Counted from the stretch's first letter, positions 24,612 through 36,404 are shown. The stretch is DNA of 64,000 nucleotides from Bryobacterales bacterium (GCA_965213745.1 CBDBZZ010000069.1:3053-67052), one strand, 5' to 3'. Program-made: numbers and translations. Notes: generated from the sequence alone by a model not told the origin.

Positions 24612-27600
24612 TTGCGCAGGTACAATGTGGTTGCTGTGCTGCGTTGGGGCCTGATCGCGATCCCCTTGCTCGGGGCGTCGCTTCCAGCGGCAGCGGTGGA
24701 CTTCCACGCCGATGTCCGGCCGATCCTCTCGGATCGCTGTTTCACGTGCCACGGACCGGACGAGGCCACGCGGCTGTCTCCGCTGCGGCTGGACACCGAA
24801 GCCGGCGCTTTCGCCCCGCTGGGCGACGGCCGCTTCGCGATCGTGCGCGGCAAGCCCGAGGAGAGCGAGCTGATCCTACGCGTCGCCGACTCGGACCCGG
24901 CACGCAGGATGCCGCCCGCAGCCCTCGGACACGCTCCCCTAACGTCCCAAGAGGTCGAGACCCTCACGGAATGGGTGCTTGCCGGAGCGCCTTGGTCGCA
25001 ACACTGGGCTTTCGTGCCTCCCCGCAAGCAGCCTGCGGACGGGCTAGCGGCCGACCCTTGGGTTCGCAGCCCGATCGATCGATTCGTACTCGCCCGTTTG
25101 CAAGCGGAGGGGCTGCGGCCGTCTCCGCCCGCCGACCGGGCAGTCTTGCTGCGCCGGGCAACGCTCGACCTGACCGGGCTGCCGCCGTCGCCCGAGGATG
25201 TGCGGTCCTTTCTGGCGGACGACGCGCCGCAGGCCTACGAGCGGGCCGTCGAGCGGCTGCTGGCGTCCCCAGCGCTCGGGGAGCGGCTGGCGTTCCGGTG
25301 GCTAGAGGCTGCCCGCTACGCCGACACGAACGGGTACCAGAACGACCAGGAGCGCGACATGTGGCGGTGGCGCGACTGGGTCATCGACGCCTTCAACGAA
25401 AACCTGCCCTTCGACCGCTTCACGATTGAGCAGCTCGCAGGCGACCTGCTGGAGCAGCCGACTCTCAAGCAGCGGATCGCGACCGGTTTCAACCGCAACC
25501 ACCGGGGCAACGCGGAGAACGGTACGGACCCGGACGAATACCAGGTCGAGTACGCTGTAGACCGGCTCGAGACCACTGCGACAGTGTGGCTGGGATTGAC
25601 GCTGGGGTGCGCCCGCTGCCACGACCACAAGTACGATCCAGTCACGCAGGAAGAGTTCTATCGGTTCCTCGCCTACTTCAACAACGTCTCCGATCGCGGC
25701 CGCTACTACAAGTACGGCAACACCCCGCCGCTCGTGCCTGCGCCCACGCGGGAGCAGCGGGCCCGACTCGAGAAGCTAGAGGCCAGGATCGCCTTCTTGG
25801 AAGGCGAGGTCCTCAGCCGCGAAGCGGAGATCAAGGGGGCGCTTGCGCATGCGCATCTGCCCGAGATCGACCCGTGGTTCCTGGCGGACCGGCTTGCGGT
25901 ACGCCGGACCTTCGATACCCCCGATGCCGCAGCGGGCAGCGGCAGGGCCGGCGCAGCTGCGTTCGACGGCCGACGCTACATCGACCTCGGCGATGTCGCC
26001 GACTACAACTTCTACGACCCGCTGACCTTGTCGGCCTGGATCCGGCCCAGGTCCGCAACCGGCGGGATCGTCGCACGCTACAACGCAGGCGGCCCGCGGG
26101 GCTTCGGCCTGTTCCTGGTGGCTGGCAAGCTGCAGCTGAGGATCGACACCTCGAGCATCTCGGACCGGATGCGGATCGAATCCGTCTCGCCCTTGCCCCT
26201 CGGGGAGTGGACGCACGTCAGCGGGACCTACGACGGCAGCCGCACCACCAAGGGCATGCGTCTGTACGTCAACGGCCGGGAGGCCGAGGCCCGGACACTA
26301 ATTGACGAGTCTCTGAACGCTACCCGCACGCCGGAGCCCTTGCGCATAGGATTCGGGCCGGGCCCCAACGACCGCTTCCGGGGCGGGATCGCCGATGTGC
26401 GGGTTTACGCGCGCGCCTTGGGTTCCGCCCAAGCAGCGGTGCTGGCTGTCGCCGAAACGCCAGCCGAAATCGGGGCGATCCCCAGCGCAGAGCGCACGCC
26501 TGCCCAGCGGCGCAAGCTCCGCTGGGCCTACCTCGAACAGGCTGCGCCAGCCGCGACTGCAGCTGCCTGGAGCGACCTGCGGCAGGCTCGGCTGGCCCGG
26601 GAGGACTTCGTCGCTTCGCTGCCGACGGTCATGGTCATGGAAGAGCGGGCGGATGTGCGGCCGACCCATGTCCTGTTCCGCGGCTCGTTCGATGCGCCGC
26701 GGGAGCGCGTGGAGCCCGGGCTGCCCGCCGCGCTGCCCCCGTTGCCGGCAGGCGAGCGCAACAACCGGCTGGGGCTGGCCCGGTGGTTGACCCACCCGGA
26801 CCACCCGCTCACGGCGCGGGTCACCGTCAACCGGTTCTGGCAGATGCTGTTCGGCCGCGGCCTCGTCGCGACGGTGGAGGACTTCGGCTCGCAGGGGGCG
26901 GCACCGACGCATCCCGAACTGCTGGACTGGCTCGCCGTCGACTTCGTAGAGAGCGGTTGGAACGTCAAGCGCCTGCTGCGCACGGTCCTGACCAGCGCAA
27001 CCTACAGCCAAACGTCGCGGCTAACGCCGGAACTGCTGGAGCGGGATCCCGAGAACCTGCTCCTGGCGAGGGCACCGCGACGCAGGCTGTCCGCTGAAGC
27101 CATCCGCGACCAGGCACTGGCAGTTTCCGGGCTGCTGACGACCGACTTGGGCGGGCCTTCGGTCAAGCCCTACCAGCCAAGCGGCCTCTGGAAGGAGCTT
27201 TCGAACTGGGGCGCCTACAAGCACGATCAGGGCAGCAGCCTGTACCGGCGCAGCCTGTACACCTTCTGGAAGCGGACCCTCGGACCGCCGGCCATGCTCG
27301 CGTTCGACGCCGCCGCACGCGAGACCTGCGTGGTGCGGGAACTCCGCACGAACACCCCGGTCCAAGCGCTCAATCTGATGAACGACCCCACCTACACCGA
27401 GGCCGCACGGTTGCTCGCAGCGCGCATGCTCCGGGAGGGGGGCGACCACGACCACGCCCGGCTGGCGTACGGATTCCTGCTGGCGACCGCCCGGGAGCCG
27501 GACGGACACGAGCCGCGCATCCTCCGCGCCAGCTTGAACCGGTACCGCGATCGCTACCGGACATCTCCAGAGGACGCGGAGCGGTATCTCGCGACGGGGG

Positions 27601-27701
27601 AGCATCCCCGCGACGGAGGCCTGGACGCTCCCGAGTTGGCGGCCTACACCGCGGTGGCGAGCCTCCTGCTGAACCTAGACGAAGCCATCACGAGGGAATG
27701 A
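24612..27701 (+). CDS. PSCyt1/DUF1549/LamG/DUF1553 multidomain protein (planctomycete-type cytochrome c domain protein)
   Basis: Haem-binding CFTCHGPDEATR near the N-terminus. DUF1549-like block (RRATLDLTGLPPSPEDV). Central LamG-like insert (GRYIDLGDVADYNFYDPLTLSAWIRP). DUF1553-like C-terminus (HPELLDWLA..F..GWN.K.L). The start could be GTG 24627. Confidence 0.85.
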   Translation: MRRYNVVAVLRWGLIAIPLLGASLPAAAVDFHADVRPILSDRCFTCHGPDEATRLSPLRLDTEAGAFAPLGDGRFAIVRGKPEESELILRVADSDPARRMPPAALGHAPLTSQEVETLTEWVLAGAPWSQHWAFVPPRKQPADGLAADPWVRSPIDRFVLARLQAEGLRPSPPADRAVLLRRATLDLTGLPPSPEDVRSFLADDAPQAYERAVERLLASPALGERLAFRWLEAARYADTNGYQNDQERDMWRWRDWVIDAFNENLPFDRFTIEQLAGDLLEQPTLKQRIATGFNRNHRGNAENGTDPDEYQVEYAVDRLETTATVWLGLTLGCARCHDHKYDPVTQEEFYRFLAYFNNVSDRGRYYKYGNTPPLVPAPTREQRARLEKLEARIAFLEGEVLSREAEIKGALAHAHLPEIDPWFLADRLAVRRTFDTPDAAAGSGRAGAAAFDGRRYIDLGDVADYNFYDPLTLSAWIRPRSATGGIVARYNAGGPRGFGLFLVAGKLQLRIDTSSISDRMRIESVSPLPLGEWTHVSGTYDGSRTTKGMRLYVNGREAEARTLIDESLNATRTPEPLRIGFGPGPNDRFRGGIADVRVYARALGSAQAAVLAVAETPAEIGAIPSAERTPAQRRKLRWAYLEQAAPAATAAAWSDLRQARLAREDFVASLPTVMVMEERADVRPTHVLFRGSFDAPRERVEPGLPAALPPLPAGERNNRLGLARWLTHPDHPLTARVTVNRFWQMLFGRGLVATVEDFGSQGAAPTHPELLDWLAVDFVESGWNVKRLLRTVLTSATYSQTSRLTPELLERDPENLLLARAPRRRLSAEAIRDQALAVSGLLTTDLGGPSVKPYQPSGLWKELSNWGAYKHDQGSSLYRRSLYTFWKRTLGPPAMLAFDAAARETCVVRELRTNTPVQALNLMNDPTYTEAARLLAARMLREGGDHDHARLAYGFLLATAREPDGHEPRILRASLNRYRDRYRTSPEDAERYLATGEHPRDGGLDAPELAAYTAVASLLLNLDEAITRE

Positions 27702-27704
27702 GGG

Positions 27705-29129
27705 ATGCCATACGCCCCGCAGCTCGACCTGACCCGTAGACATTTCTTTGCGCGAACGGCCGGGGGGCTCGGCATCGCGGCACTGTCCAACCTGCTGGCG
27801 GCCGACCTCGGCGTATCTGACGGGCAGCCCGGGCTGCCGCACTTCGCTCCCCGCGCCAAACGGGTCATCTACCTGTTCCAGTCGGGTGGGCCTTCCCAGC
27901 TGGACCTGTTCGACCCGAAGCCAAGCCTTCGCGGACGGCAGGGGAGCGAACTGCCCGATTCCGTGCGCGGCGGCCAGCGGCTCACGGGGATGACGGCAGC
28001 GCAGACGAGCTTCCCGGTGGCGGCGTCGAAGTTCCGGTTCTCCCGCCATGGCGAATCGGGACAGGAGTTCAGCGAGCTGCTCCCGCACACCGCGTCGATC
28101 GCCGACCGCATCGCCGTGATCCGCTCGATGCACACCGAACAGATCAACCACGATCCCGCCATCACGTTCCTGCAGACCGGGCACCAGCTGGCGGGGAGGC
28201 CTAGCTTGGGCTCGTGGCTGTCCTACGGCCTAGGCAGCGAGACCAGCAGCCTGCCGGCCTTCGTGGTCATGGTTTCGCTCGGCAGCAGCGGCCAGCCGCT
28301 CTACTCCCGGCTGTGGGGCAGCGGCTTCCTGCCGACCCGGTACCAAGCGGTGAAGTTCCGGGCCGGCCGCGAGCCCGTCCTGTACCTGCACGACCCGCCG
28401 GGATTCTTGCGCAGCGACCGACGCCACTACCTGGACGACCTGGCAGCCCTCAACCGGGTGCGCTTGGGCGAGTACGGCGACCCGGAGATTGAGACGCGCA
28501 TCGCCCAGTACGAGATGGCCTACCGCATGCAGGCGTCGGTGCCCGAGCTGACCGATCTGACTTCGGAGCCCGAGCACATGTTCGACCTTTACGGAGAGGA
28601 CTCGCGCAAGCCCGGCACGTATGCGAGCAACTGCCTGCTGGCCCGGCGCCTCGTCGAGCGCGGCGTACGCTGCGTGCAGCTGTTCCACCGGGGCTGGGAC
28701 CACCACAACAACCTGCCGAGAACCATCGCCCAACGCTGCGCGCAGACGGACCAAGCCTCGGCCGCGCTAGTCCGGGACCTCGACCAGCGCGGCCTACTGG
28801 ACGAGACCCTAGTCGTCTGGGGCGGCGAGTTCGGGCGCACCGTCTACTGCCAAGGCAAACTGACGACGGCCAACTACGGGCGGGACCACCATCCGCGCTG
28901 CTTCTCGATCTGGCTCGCGGGCGGCGGCATCCGCGGCGGAGTCACATACGGCGCGACCGATGACTTCGCCTACAACATCGTCGAGAACCCGGTCAACGTC
29001 CACGACCTGCACGCGACGATGCTGCACCTGCTGGGCATCGACCACAAGCGGCTGACCTTCAAGTACCAGGGGCGGCACTTCCGCCTGACGGATGTGCATG
29101 GCGAGATCCTGCGGCCGCTGCTAGCATGA
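27705..29129 (+). CDS. DUF1501 protein (sulfatase-like fold, Tat signal)
   Basis: Starts 4 nt after the upstream stop. Twin-arginine signal [21 protein letters not shown]1501 blocks [43 protein letters not shown]. Confidence 0.85.
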   Translation: MPYAPQLDLTRRHFFARTAGGLGIAALSNLLAADLGVSDGQPGLPHFAPRAKRVIYLFQSGGPSQLDLFDPKPSLRGRQGSELPDSVRGGQRLTGMTAAQTSFPVAASKFRFSRHGESGQEFSELLPHTASIADRIAVIRSMHTEQINHDPAITFLQTGHQLAGRPSLGSWLSYGLGSETSSLPAFVVMVSLGSSGQPLYSRLWGSGFLPTRYQAVKFRAGREPVLYLHDPPGFLRSDRRHYLDDLAALNRVRLGEYGDPEIETRIAQYEMAYRMQASVPELTDLTSEPEHMFDLYGEDSRKPGTYASNCLLARRLVERGVRCVQLFHRGWDHHNNLPRTIAQRCAQTDQASAALVRDLDQRGLLDETLVVWGGEFGRTVYCQGKLTTANYGRDHHPRCFSIWLAGGGIRGGVTYGATDDFAYNIVENPVNVHDLHATMLHLLGIDHKRLTFKYQGRHFRLTDVHGEILRPLLA

Positions 29130-29185
29130 GAGCGCCCGCGGGCCCGCCCCGCCAGCCCCCCATCCGCTCCTAGGCAAGGTTCCGC

Positions 29186-29929
29186 ATGGCCAGTGCAAAG
29201 CGCGTTGCAGTAGTGACCGGTGCCAGCCGCGGCATCGGGCGGGCGATCGCCCTGGAACTCTCCCGGACGCATCGCGTCCTCGGCACCTACCGCAGTAATG
29301 TCGCGGCGGCCGAGAGCCTCCAGCGGGAATGCGGCGCGGCGATCTTCCAGCTGGATGTCGCAGCGCGATCCGACCGCACCGCCCTGATGCGCTTCGCACG
29401 GGAGGAGTACGGGCGCATCGACCTGCTGGTGAACAACGCCGGGATGGCTCCGCGGGAGCGGCGGGACATCCTGGAGGCGACCGAAGAGAGCTTCACCGAG
29501 GTCCTGGCCACCAACCTCCGGGGGCCTTACTTTCTGACCCAGGCCGCGTCGGCCCTCATGCGGGAGTCGGGGGGCGGCAGGATCGTCTTCATCACCTCGA
29601 TCTCCGCCTACGCGGCGTCGGTGAATCGAGGGGAGTACTGTATTTCGAAGGCGGGCTTGAGCATGGCCGCGCAACTGTTCGCCAGCAGGCTGGCGAGCGA
29701 GGGGATCGGCGTCTTCGAGATACGTCCGGGAATCATTGAGACCGACATGGTGGCCCCGGTGCTGGCGAAGTACCGCAAGCTGGCGGCGGAGGGACTCCTT
29801 CCCCAAGGGAGGCTCGGTCAGCCGGAGGATGTGGCGCGAGCGGTCCGAGCAATCGCCGACGGGCAGCTAGACTATTCGGCCGGGCAGGTCCTCGATGTAG
29901 ACGGGGGCTTCCGCCTGCGCACTCTCTAG
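29186..29929 (+). CDS. Short-chain dehydrogenase/reductase (3-oxoacyl-ACP reductase-like)
   Basis: Cofactor motif VVTGASRGIGRAIA, NNAG, and catalytic YCISKAGL (YxxxK). Confidence 0.8.
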   Translation: MASAKRVAVVTGASRGIGRAIALELSRTHRVLGTYRSNVAAAESLQRECGAAIFQLDVAARSDRTALMRFAREEYGRIDLLVNNAGMAPRERRDILEATEESFTEVLATNLRGPYFLTQAASALMRESGGGRIVFITSISAYAASVNRGEYCISKAGLSMAAQLFASRLASEGIGVFEIRPGIIETDMVAPVLAKYRKLAAEGLLPQGRLGQPEDVARAVRAIADGQLDYSAGQVLDVDGGFRLRTL

Positions 29930-30042
29930 CCCGGAACTCCCCGCGGCAAGCCGAACCGGCCGACCCGCCCTGCGGAGCCAACGGACGGAAGAGATCTCCT
30001 CGAGGCACTCCAGCTGCCTACAGAGCCTGCCCAGCAGCAGGG

Positions 30043-30531
30043 CTAAGTAACCGCTGGGGGCCAAAGCTCGCGGAACCAAACTCCGCCGCGCCAACGCTTG
30101 CCAATATCCCTGAGACGGTACTTGCGCTCCGGGAAGGCACCCCGAAAATATTGGAGAGACTTCAGCCGCTGCCGGCCCTTAACGACCGCATGGCGTGACG
30201 ACGGCGCTTCTCCCGCGACGAAGATACGGGGAACAGGCACACCCCGGAGCAGGGACTCTATGCACCGCGAGGCCTGGGGCAGGGCCCGAACAAAGACCCG
30301 CGGCAACGGCAGTGCGAAGAACGACTGCCGGTCTAGCCGCTCGACGACGCCGTCCACCGTGAAGCTGGCCCCGTAGCCGGAACCGCTGCAGGTCTCCTCG
30401 TCAACGGACTCGCTAGCCGTAGCATCATCGCCGCCGTCCGCGGCAACCTCTGCGTTCTCGGAAGCAACATGCTGCCGGGCACCTCCCCTGCGCGTGGCCG
30501 GCGGCCGAGCGGGGGCGGCGCCTATTTCCAC
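30043..30531 (-). CDS. Hypothetical protein resembling a degenerate DUF262/ParB-like nuclease N-terminal domain
   Basis: ..LPLPRVFVRALPQASRCIESLLRGVPVPRIFVAGE....HAVVKGRQRLKSLQYF.. parallels the DUF262 pattern (P.FQR..vW....LidSil.g.PiP.i ... iDGQQRLtsl), but the catalytic-type residues are replaced. Acidic low-complexity N-terminus. Only 162 aa. Confidence 0.3.
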   Translation of the reverse strand: MEIGAAPARPPATRRGGARQHVASENAEVAADGGDDATASESVDEETCSGSGYGASFTVDGVVERLDRQSFFALPLPRVFVRALPQASRCIESLLRGVPVPRIFVAGEAPSSRHAVVKGRQRLKSLQYFRGAFPERKYRLRDIGKRWRGGVWFRELWPPAVT

Positions 30532-30634
30532 GGCGCATCGCGCTACAGAGGCACCTGCATCTCCTCAACCGACCGCCTGAGACCCGTAGCCGCAGGCGCT
30601 TCGCCGGCAATGCCCCGCGGGCTGCCCGTAGCGC

Positions 30635-30988
30635 TTACGCTCTCGCCCGTTCCTTGAGACGGGCCGCTTTGCCCCTCAACTTCCGGAGATAGTAGAGCTT
30701 GGCGCGACGCACCCGGTTGCGCTTGACCACTTCGATCTTGTCCACGATGGGGGCGTGCAGCGGGAAGATGCGCTCTACGCCTTGCCCGAAGCTGACTTTG
30801 CGGACGGTGATAGTCTCGCGGATGCCCGAGTTGTGGCGGGCTAGCAGAATGCCCTCAAAGATCTGGATGCGCTCCTTCTCCCCTTCCCGGATCTTCACGT
30901 GAACCTTGATCTGGTCGCCAGGCTCAAGCTGGGGAACGGAGGGCTTGCTATAGGCCTGTTCTACCTGTTCAATGATCGCGTTCTGCAT
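30635..30988 (-). CDS. rplS: 50S ribosomal protein L19
   Basis: [80 protein letters not shown] upstream of ATG 30988. TAA stop. Confidence 0.95.
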   Translation of the reverse strand: MQNAIIEQVEQAYSKPSVPQLEPGDQIKVHVKIREGEKERIQIFEGILLARHNSGIRETITVRKVSFGQGVERIFPLHAPIVDKIEVVKRNRVRRAKLYYLRKLRGKAARLKERARA

Positions 30989-31020
30989 GGGTTCTCCTCC
31001 AGTATCGCATCCGGACTCGC

Positions 31021-31773
31021 TCAGGTCGGCGAGCCGCTGTCGCAGGCCTCGGTGACGCACAGCAGGTCCGGGCGGTTCCGGCGCGTCTTGTCGCGGGCAG
31101 CCTGGCGCCGCCACCGGGCGATCTCCCTGTGGTGCCCACTCAGCAGCACCTGCGGAACATCCCAGGACTGCTCCTCCGCCCGGAGGGGGCGGTAACTGGC
31201 CGGGCGGGTGTACTGCGGGCAATCCAGGAGCCCCATACCGCCGTGCTCGGCGGGGGCGAAGGACTCGTTGCGGGTCGATGCCTCGTTCCCGACGACCCCT
31301 GGGAGCAGCCGCGCTACGGTGTCGACGACAATCCCAGCCGCCCATTCGCCGCCGCTGAGCACGAAGCTGCCGACCGATAGCTCTTCATGGACTAGATGCT
31401 GCGTGACGCGCTCGTCCACGCCTTCGTAGCGTCCGCACACCAGGATTAGCTCCTCCTGGCCCGCCAGCCGCCTAGCCTCCGCTTGGTCGAAGAGCCTCCC
31501 CTGGGCCGACAGGAGGATCTTGCGCGGCGTGGAGTCCGCGGCCAGAGCCTCAAGATCGCCCAATGCCGCATCGATCGGCCCAACCTTCAGAACCATGCCC
31601 TCGTCGCCCCCGAAAGGCCTATCGTCCACCGTTCGATGCGCATCCGAGGTCCACTCGCGCAAATCGTGGATCTCGACATCCACCAAGCCCGCGCTCCGCG
31701 CACGCCCCAAAACCCCGCAGGCGAACGGCCCTTGGAAAAACTCCGGGAAGATGGTCAGGATACGGAACAGCAT
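31021..31773 (-). CDS. trmD: tRNA (guanine37-N1)-methyltransferase
   Basis: [47 protein letters not shown]...[25 protein letters not shown]. Confidence 0.95.
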   Translation of the reverse strand: MLFRILTIFPEFFQGPFACGVLGRARSAGLVDVEIHDLREWTSDAHRTVDDRPFGGDEGMVLKVGPIDAALGDLEALAADSTPRKILLSAQGRLFDQAEARRLAGQEELILVCGRYEGVDERVTQHLVHEELSVGSFVLSGGEWAAGIVVDTVARLLPGVVGNEASTRNESFAPAEHGGMGLLDCPQYTRPASYRPLRAEEQSWDVPQVLLSGHHREIARWRRQAARDKTRRNRPDLLCVTEACDSGSPT

Positions 31774-31774
31774 G

Positions 31775-32320
31775 TCAGGCCTTCAGATCTTCCAGCCCCT
31801 CGGGCAGCCGCACGGCAATGCGCTTGGATCCGACATCGACTTCGCAGCAGATTTCGCTGGCAAACGGCACGAGCAATTCCTTGCTCCGGCCGTCCCGAAC
31901 GGAGAGCAGCAGCACCTCGCCGGGCGGGTCATAAACGTCCGCAACGACTCCGATCTCCCGCCCCGAGCCCGCGTCCACCATCGTGCAGCCCACGAGGTCG
32001 GCCAGGAAGTACTCCCCCGCCTGCAGGGGGCCCAACGCCTTCCTGTCCGCTCGCACTTCGGCCAACCGGAGCCGCTCGGCATCTGCAATGGTATCGACTC
32101 CGGCGAACTTCAGCACCAAGCGCCCGTTGTGCTCCCAAGCCCGGTCAAGATGCATGATGCATTCCGGACGCTGAGGACCCGCCACGCGAACTGCCGTCCC
32201 GGGGAAAAAGCAACGCAGGCCCCCGGCAAGGTTCTCCGCGACGACCTCTCCCCTGTTGCCTCGGGGGCGGGTGATCCTAGCTACCGCAAGGTACTCGGCG
32301 TCCGCCTGCATGCGCAGCAC
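31775..32320 (-). CDS. rimM: 16S rRNA processing protein RimM
   Basis: ..YLAVARITRPRGNRGEVVAENL.. and a C-terminal PRC-barrel-like part. It ends 1 nt before the trmD start. The start may be the internal ATG (MQADAEY). Confidence 0.85.
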   Translation of the reverse strand: MLRMQADAEYLAVARITRPRGNRGEVVAENLAGGLRCFFPGTAVRVAGPQRPECIMHLDRAWEHNGRLVLKFAGVDTIADAERLRLAEVRADRKALGPLQAGEYFLADLVGCTMVDAGSGREIGVVADVYDPPGEVLLLSVRDGRSKELLVPFASEICCEVDVGSKRIAVRLPEGLEDLKA

Positions 32321-32345
32321 GCTCCAGCATGCTCCACTGTCAAAG

Positions 32346-32597
32346 TCACTCCAAGATCTCGAGCGTATAGCGGTGGCTGTATTTCATGCTCACCGCGCCG
32401 AGCAGGGTGCGAATCGACTTGGCCGTCCGGCCTTTCTTGCCGATCACCTTGCCCAAATCGGACGGATGCACGGACAGCTCCACCACGCAGTTCTGACGGC
32501 CGTCCACAGCCGCCACCGAAACCTCGTCCGGCAAATCGACCAAGGACTTGGCGATGATCTTCACCAGCTCAACGACCGCTTCGGTGTCCCGGCCCAT
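32346..32597 (-). CDS. KH-domain RNA-binding protein (UPF0109/YlqC family)
   Basis: 83 aa. ..LVKIIAKSLVDLPDEV.V......V.ELSVHPSDLGKVIGKKGRTAKSIRTLL.. contains a GxxG KH motif. It sits in the conserved position between rpsP and rimM. Confidence 0.85.
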   Translation of the reverse strand: MGRDTEAVVELVKIIAKSLVDLPDEVSVAAVDGRQNCVVELSVHPSDLGKVIGKKGRTAKSIRTLLGAVSMKYSHRYTLEILE

Positions 32598-32624
32598 TGC
32601 TCGATGCTCCCCGCCGTGTCTGCG

Positions 32625-33089
32625 CTAGACCGGCTTGGATCCGGCCTCGGCTTCCACCGCGCCCCTGGCGCTCGCTTCCACTTCCTGAAAATCGGGGAAG
32701 TCGTCGTCATCGTCGTCCGTGTCGCTCCCCGGTTCGGGCATGGCGGGCATGTCCGTCCGCTCTGGGCCAGTCGGTTTGGCTTCGCTTGGCTCGGTCTGGA
32801 CGGCCTCCTCCCGAGGCTCTTCCTCCGGCTCCTCGGCGGGCGGGGGGGCCAGGTGCTCGTCGAAGTACCTGACCAGCCGTCTGACCGTGTCCGACGGCTG
32901 GGCTCCAACGCCCAGCCAGTAGTCGATCCGCTCCCGCTTGAGCACAAGCTCGATCGGGTCCGGCCGCGGGTTGTAATGGCCCACGATTTCAAGGTTCCGG
33001 CTGTCGCGGGCCCGGCGCTTGTCGAGCACCACTACCCGGTAGCTGGGCTTCTTCTTGGCCCCTGTGCGGGCTAGTCGAATAGCAACCAT
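32625..33089 (-). CDS. rpsP: 30S ribosomal protein S16 with acidic C-terminal extension
   Basis: MVAIRLARTGAKKKPSYRVVVLDKRRARDSRNLEIVGHYNPRP... Confidence 0.9.
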   Translation of the reverse strand: MVAIRLARTGAKKKPSYRVVVLDKRRARDSRNLEIVGHYNPRPDPIELVLKRERIDYWLGVGAQPSDTVRRLVRYFDEHLAPPPAEEPEEEPREEAVQTEPSEAKPTGPERTDMPAMPEPGSDTDDDDDDFPDFQEVEASARGAVEAEAGSKPV

Positions 33090-33178
33090 AGTCTCCTCCT
33101 AGGCAGATACACTGCGGCGACCCGGCGGGCAGGCGGCAGAATCCGCCGGCGGCGGCGCGGGCACGTCCCGATGCCGAC

Positions 33179-34540
<1,362 letters not shown>

Positions 34541-34663
34541 CGGTCCGGGGCCCTGCTACGGCGCTAAGGGCTCCGGCGGGCAGACCGGAGCCCTCGAAAT
34601 ATTCCAGAGACGGGGGAGGCTACGAGGCGAACCGCCGATCCCCCCTATCATGCACTCTTGTCC

Positions 34664-34692
34664 ATTGTATGCGAGCCCGCCTACCGGGTCAA
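34664..34692 (-). promoter_or_regulatory. Near-consensus sigma70-type promoter upstream of the ffh operon
   Basis: The minus strand reads TTGACC (34692-34687), a 17-nt spacer, then TACAAT (34669-34664). This lies about 125 nt upstream of the ffh ATG. Confidence 0.5.
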
Positions 34693-34839
34693 CGCAGGCC
34701 GAGGTCGGCCGGTCCTGCCCCGCAGGCGAAGCTCGGTCGCGGGGGCTGGGGCCATGCGAAGCGGCTCAACCTGTGCGACCTAGGCGGCGTGCCGCAACGG
34801 CTGTGCCGCCCCCCCGCCGGAGAGGGGACAACGGCCGCA

Positions 34840-36402
34840 TCAGGACCGGGGCCTGGGGCGGCTCACCGTTCCCAGGATCTCGGGCAGATCGATCCCCGCT
34901 TGCTTGGCTAGGTCATGCACGGGCGGCAGCGACGAGATCAGCCCGCGCAGGAAGTCCGCCGTCGCTCCTCCGGCCTGGCCCTCGCCCCCGACAGCAGTTC
35001 CCGAGTCCCAGACCGTGACCTTGTCGATCTTGAGGTTCTGGACGGCTTTGACCTGCTCAGCCACGAGTTCCGGCAGCTTCTCGATCACCAGCAAGGTAGG
35101 AGCCAATTCGGGCCGCTCAGCGCAGACCTTGAGCAGCTCCCGGTAGCCGTGCGACTTCGCCTCCAGCACCCGCCGGACGCCTTCGGCTTCGGCGTTGTAT
35201 TTGGCGAGCACCGCGTCGGCTTCGCCTTGCGCAACGCGGCGGAGCTTGTCCGCTTCGGCGTCGGCGTCGATTTCGATCTTCTGGCGCTCGATCTCCTGGA
35301 GGACGACCTGCTCCTTCCCTAGACGGGCGAGCTCCTGCTCCCGCTCCGCCTCGTACACGTCCCGAGCGGCCTGCGCCGTCGCGACTTCGCCTCGGCGCTT
35401 GGCCTCCGCACGGCGCTGGTCCAGGGTCGCGTTGTAGGCGGCGATGCTCGCCCGCGATTCGTTCTCGCCCTTGACGGCTTCGGCCTCGAGATTGGCCACC
35501 TTCACGCGCTGACTGGACTCGGCCTGCTTTTTGCCCTCCTCGGCCAGCGCCTGCTGCGCGGCGATCGCGATTTCCTGCTCGCGGTGCGACAAGGCCTCGC
35601 CTGCCAGACCCTCGGCTTCGAGCTTGGCCACGCTGATCCGCTGCTCCCGCTCGGCCTCTTTGCGGCCGATGTTGGAGGCGGCCACTTGGTTGGCGACCTC
35701 GACTTCCTTCGCCCGGTTCGCCGTAGACTCGCCGATGGCACCCTCCTTCTCCTGCTCGGCGACCTCGACCTTGGCCTTCTGAATCGCCTCGGCCGCGGCC
35801 TTCTTGCCGATGGCGTCGATGTAGCCGGACTCGTCCGTGATATCGCGGATGTTGACGTTGATGACCTCCAAACCCACCTTCTGCAGCTCGCCGGCGCAGA
35901 ACTTGTTCACGAGGTCGAGGAACTTCTCGCGGTCCTGGTTGATCTCCTCGATCGAGAGCGTCGCGATGACCAGCCGCATCTGGCCCAGGATGATGTCCCG
36001 CGCCTGAGCGGACACATCGACCTCCCGCAGGCCCAGAAGCCGCTCGGCCGCGTTGTTCATGACGGGCGGCTCGGTCGAGACCCCGACCGTGAAGGTCGAC
36101 GGGACGTTGACGCGGATGTTCTTCTTCGAAAGCGCCCCGGTGAGTTCGATGTCGATCGTCATCGGCTCGAGGGAGAGGTACTGGTAGTCCTGGAACAGCG
36201 GCACCACGAACACGCCGCCGCCGTGGATGCAGCGGGCGGCCTGCTTGCCTCCCACCTTGCCGTACACCACCAGCACGCGATTGGACGGGCAGCGCCGGTA
36301 CTGCCGCACCACGAACGTCAGCACGCCCATGACGACGAGCATCACGAGCACCGGCAGGACGATGCCGAAATCGAATAGCTGGGCGAAAACGGGAACAGCC
36401 AT
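34840..36402 (-). CDS. Flotillin-like SPFH/band-7 protein
   Basis: N-terminal TM helix, then an SPFH domain (..NRVLVVYGKVG..IHGGGVFVVPLFQDYQYLSLEPMTIDI..), then a long Ala/Glu/Arg-rich coiled-coil typical of bacterial flotillins (FloT/YuaG-like). Confidence 0.85.
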   Translation of the reverse strand: MAVPVFAQLFDFGIVLPVLVMLVVMGVLTFVVRQYRRCPSNRVLVVYGKVGGKQAARCIHGGGVFVVPLFQDYQYLSLEPMTIDIELTGALSKKNIRVNVPSTFTVGVSTEPPVMNNAAERLLGLREVDVSAQARDIILGQMRLVIATLSIEEINQDREKFLDLVNKFCAGELQKVGLEVINVNIRDITDESGYIDAIGKKAAAEAIQKAKVEVAEQEKEGAIGESTANRAKEVEVANQVAASNIGRKEAEREQRISVAKLEAEGLAGEALSHREQEIAIAAQQALAEEGKKQAESSQRVKVANLEAEAVKGENESRASIAAYNATLDQRRAEAKRRGEVATAQAARDVYEAEREQELARLGKEQVVLQEIERQKIEIDADAEADKLRRVAQGEADAVLAKYNAEAEGVRRVLEAKSHGYRELLKVCAERPELAPTLLVIEKLPELVAEQVKAVQNLKIDKVTVWDSGTAVGGEGQAGGATADFLRGLISSLPPVHDLAKQAGIDLPEILGTVSRPRPRS

Positions 36403-36404
36403 GG

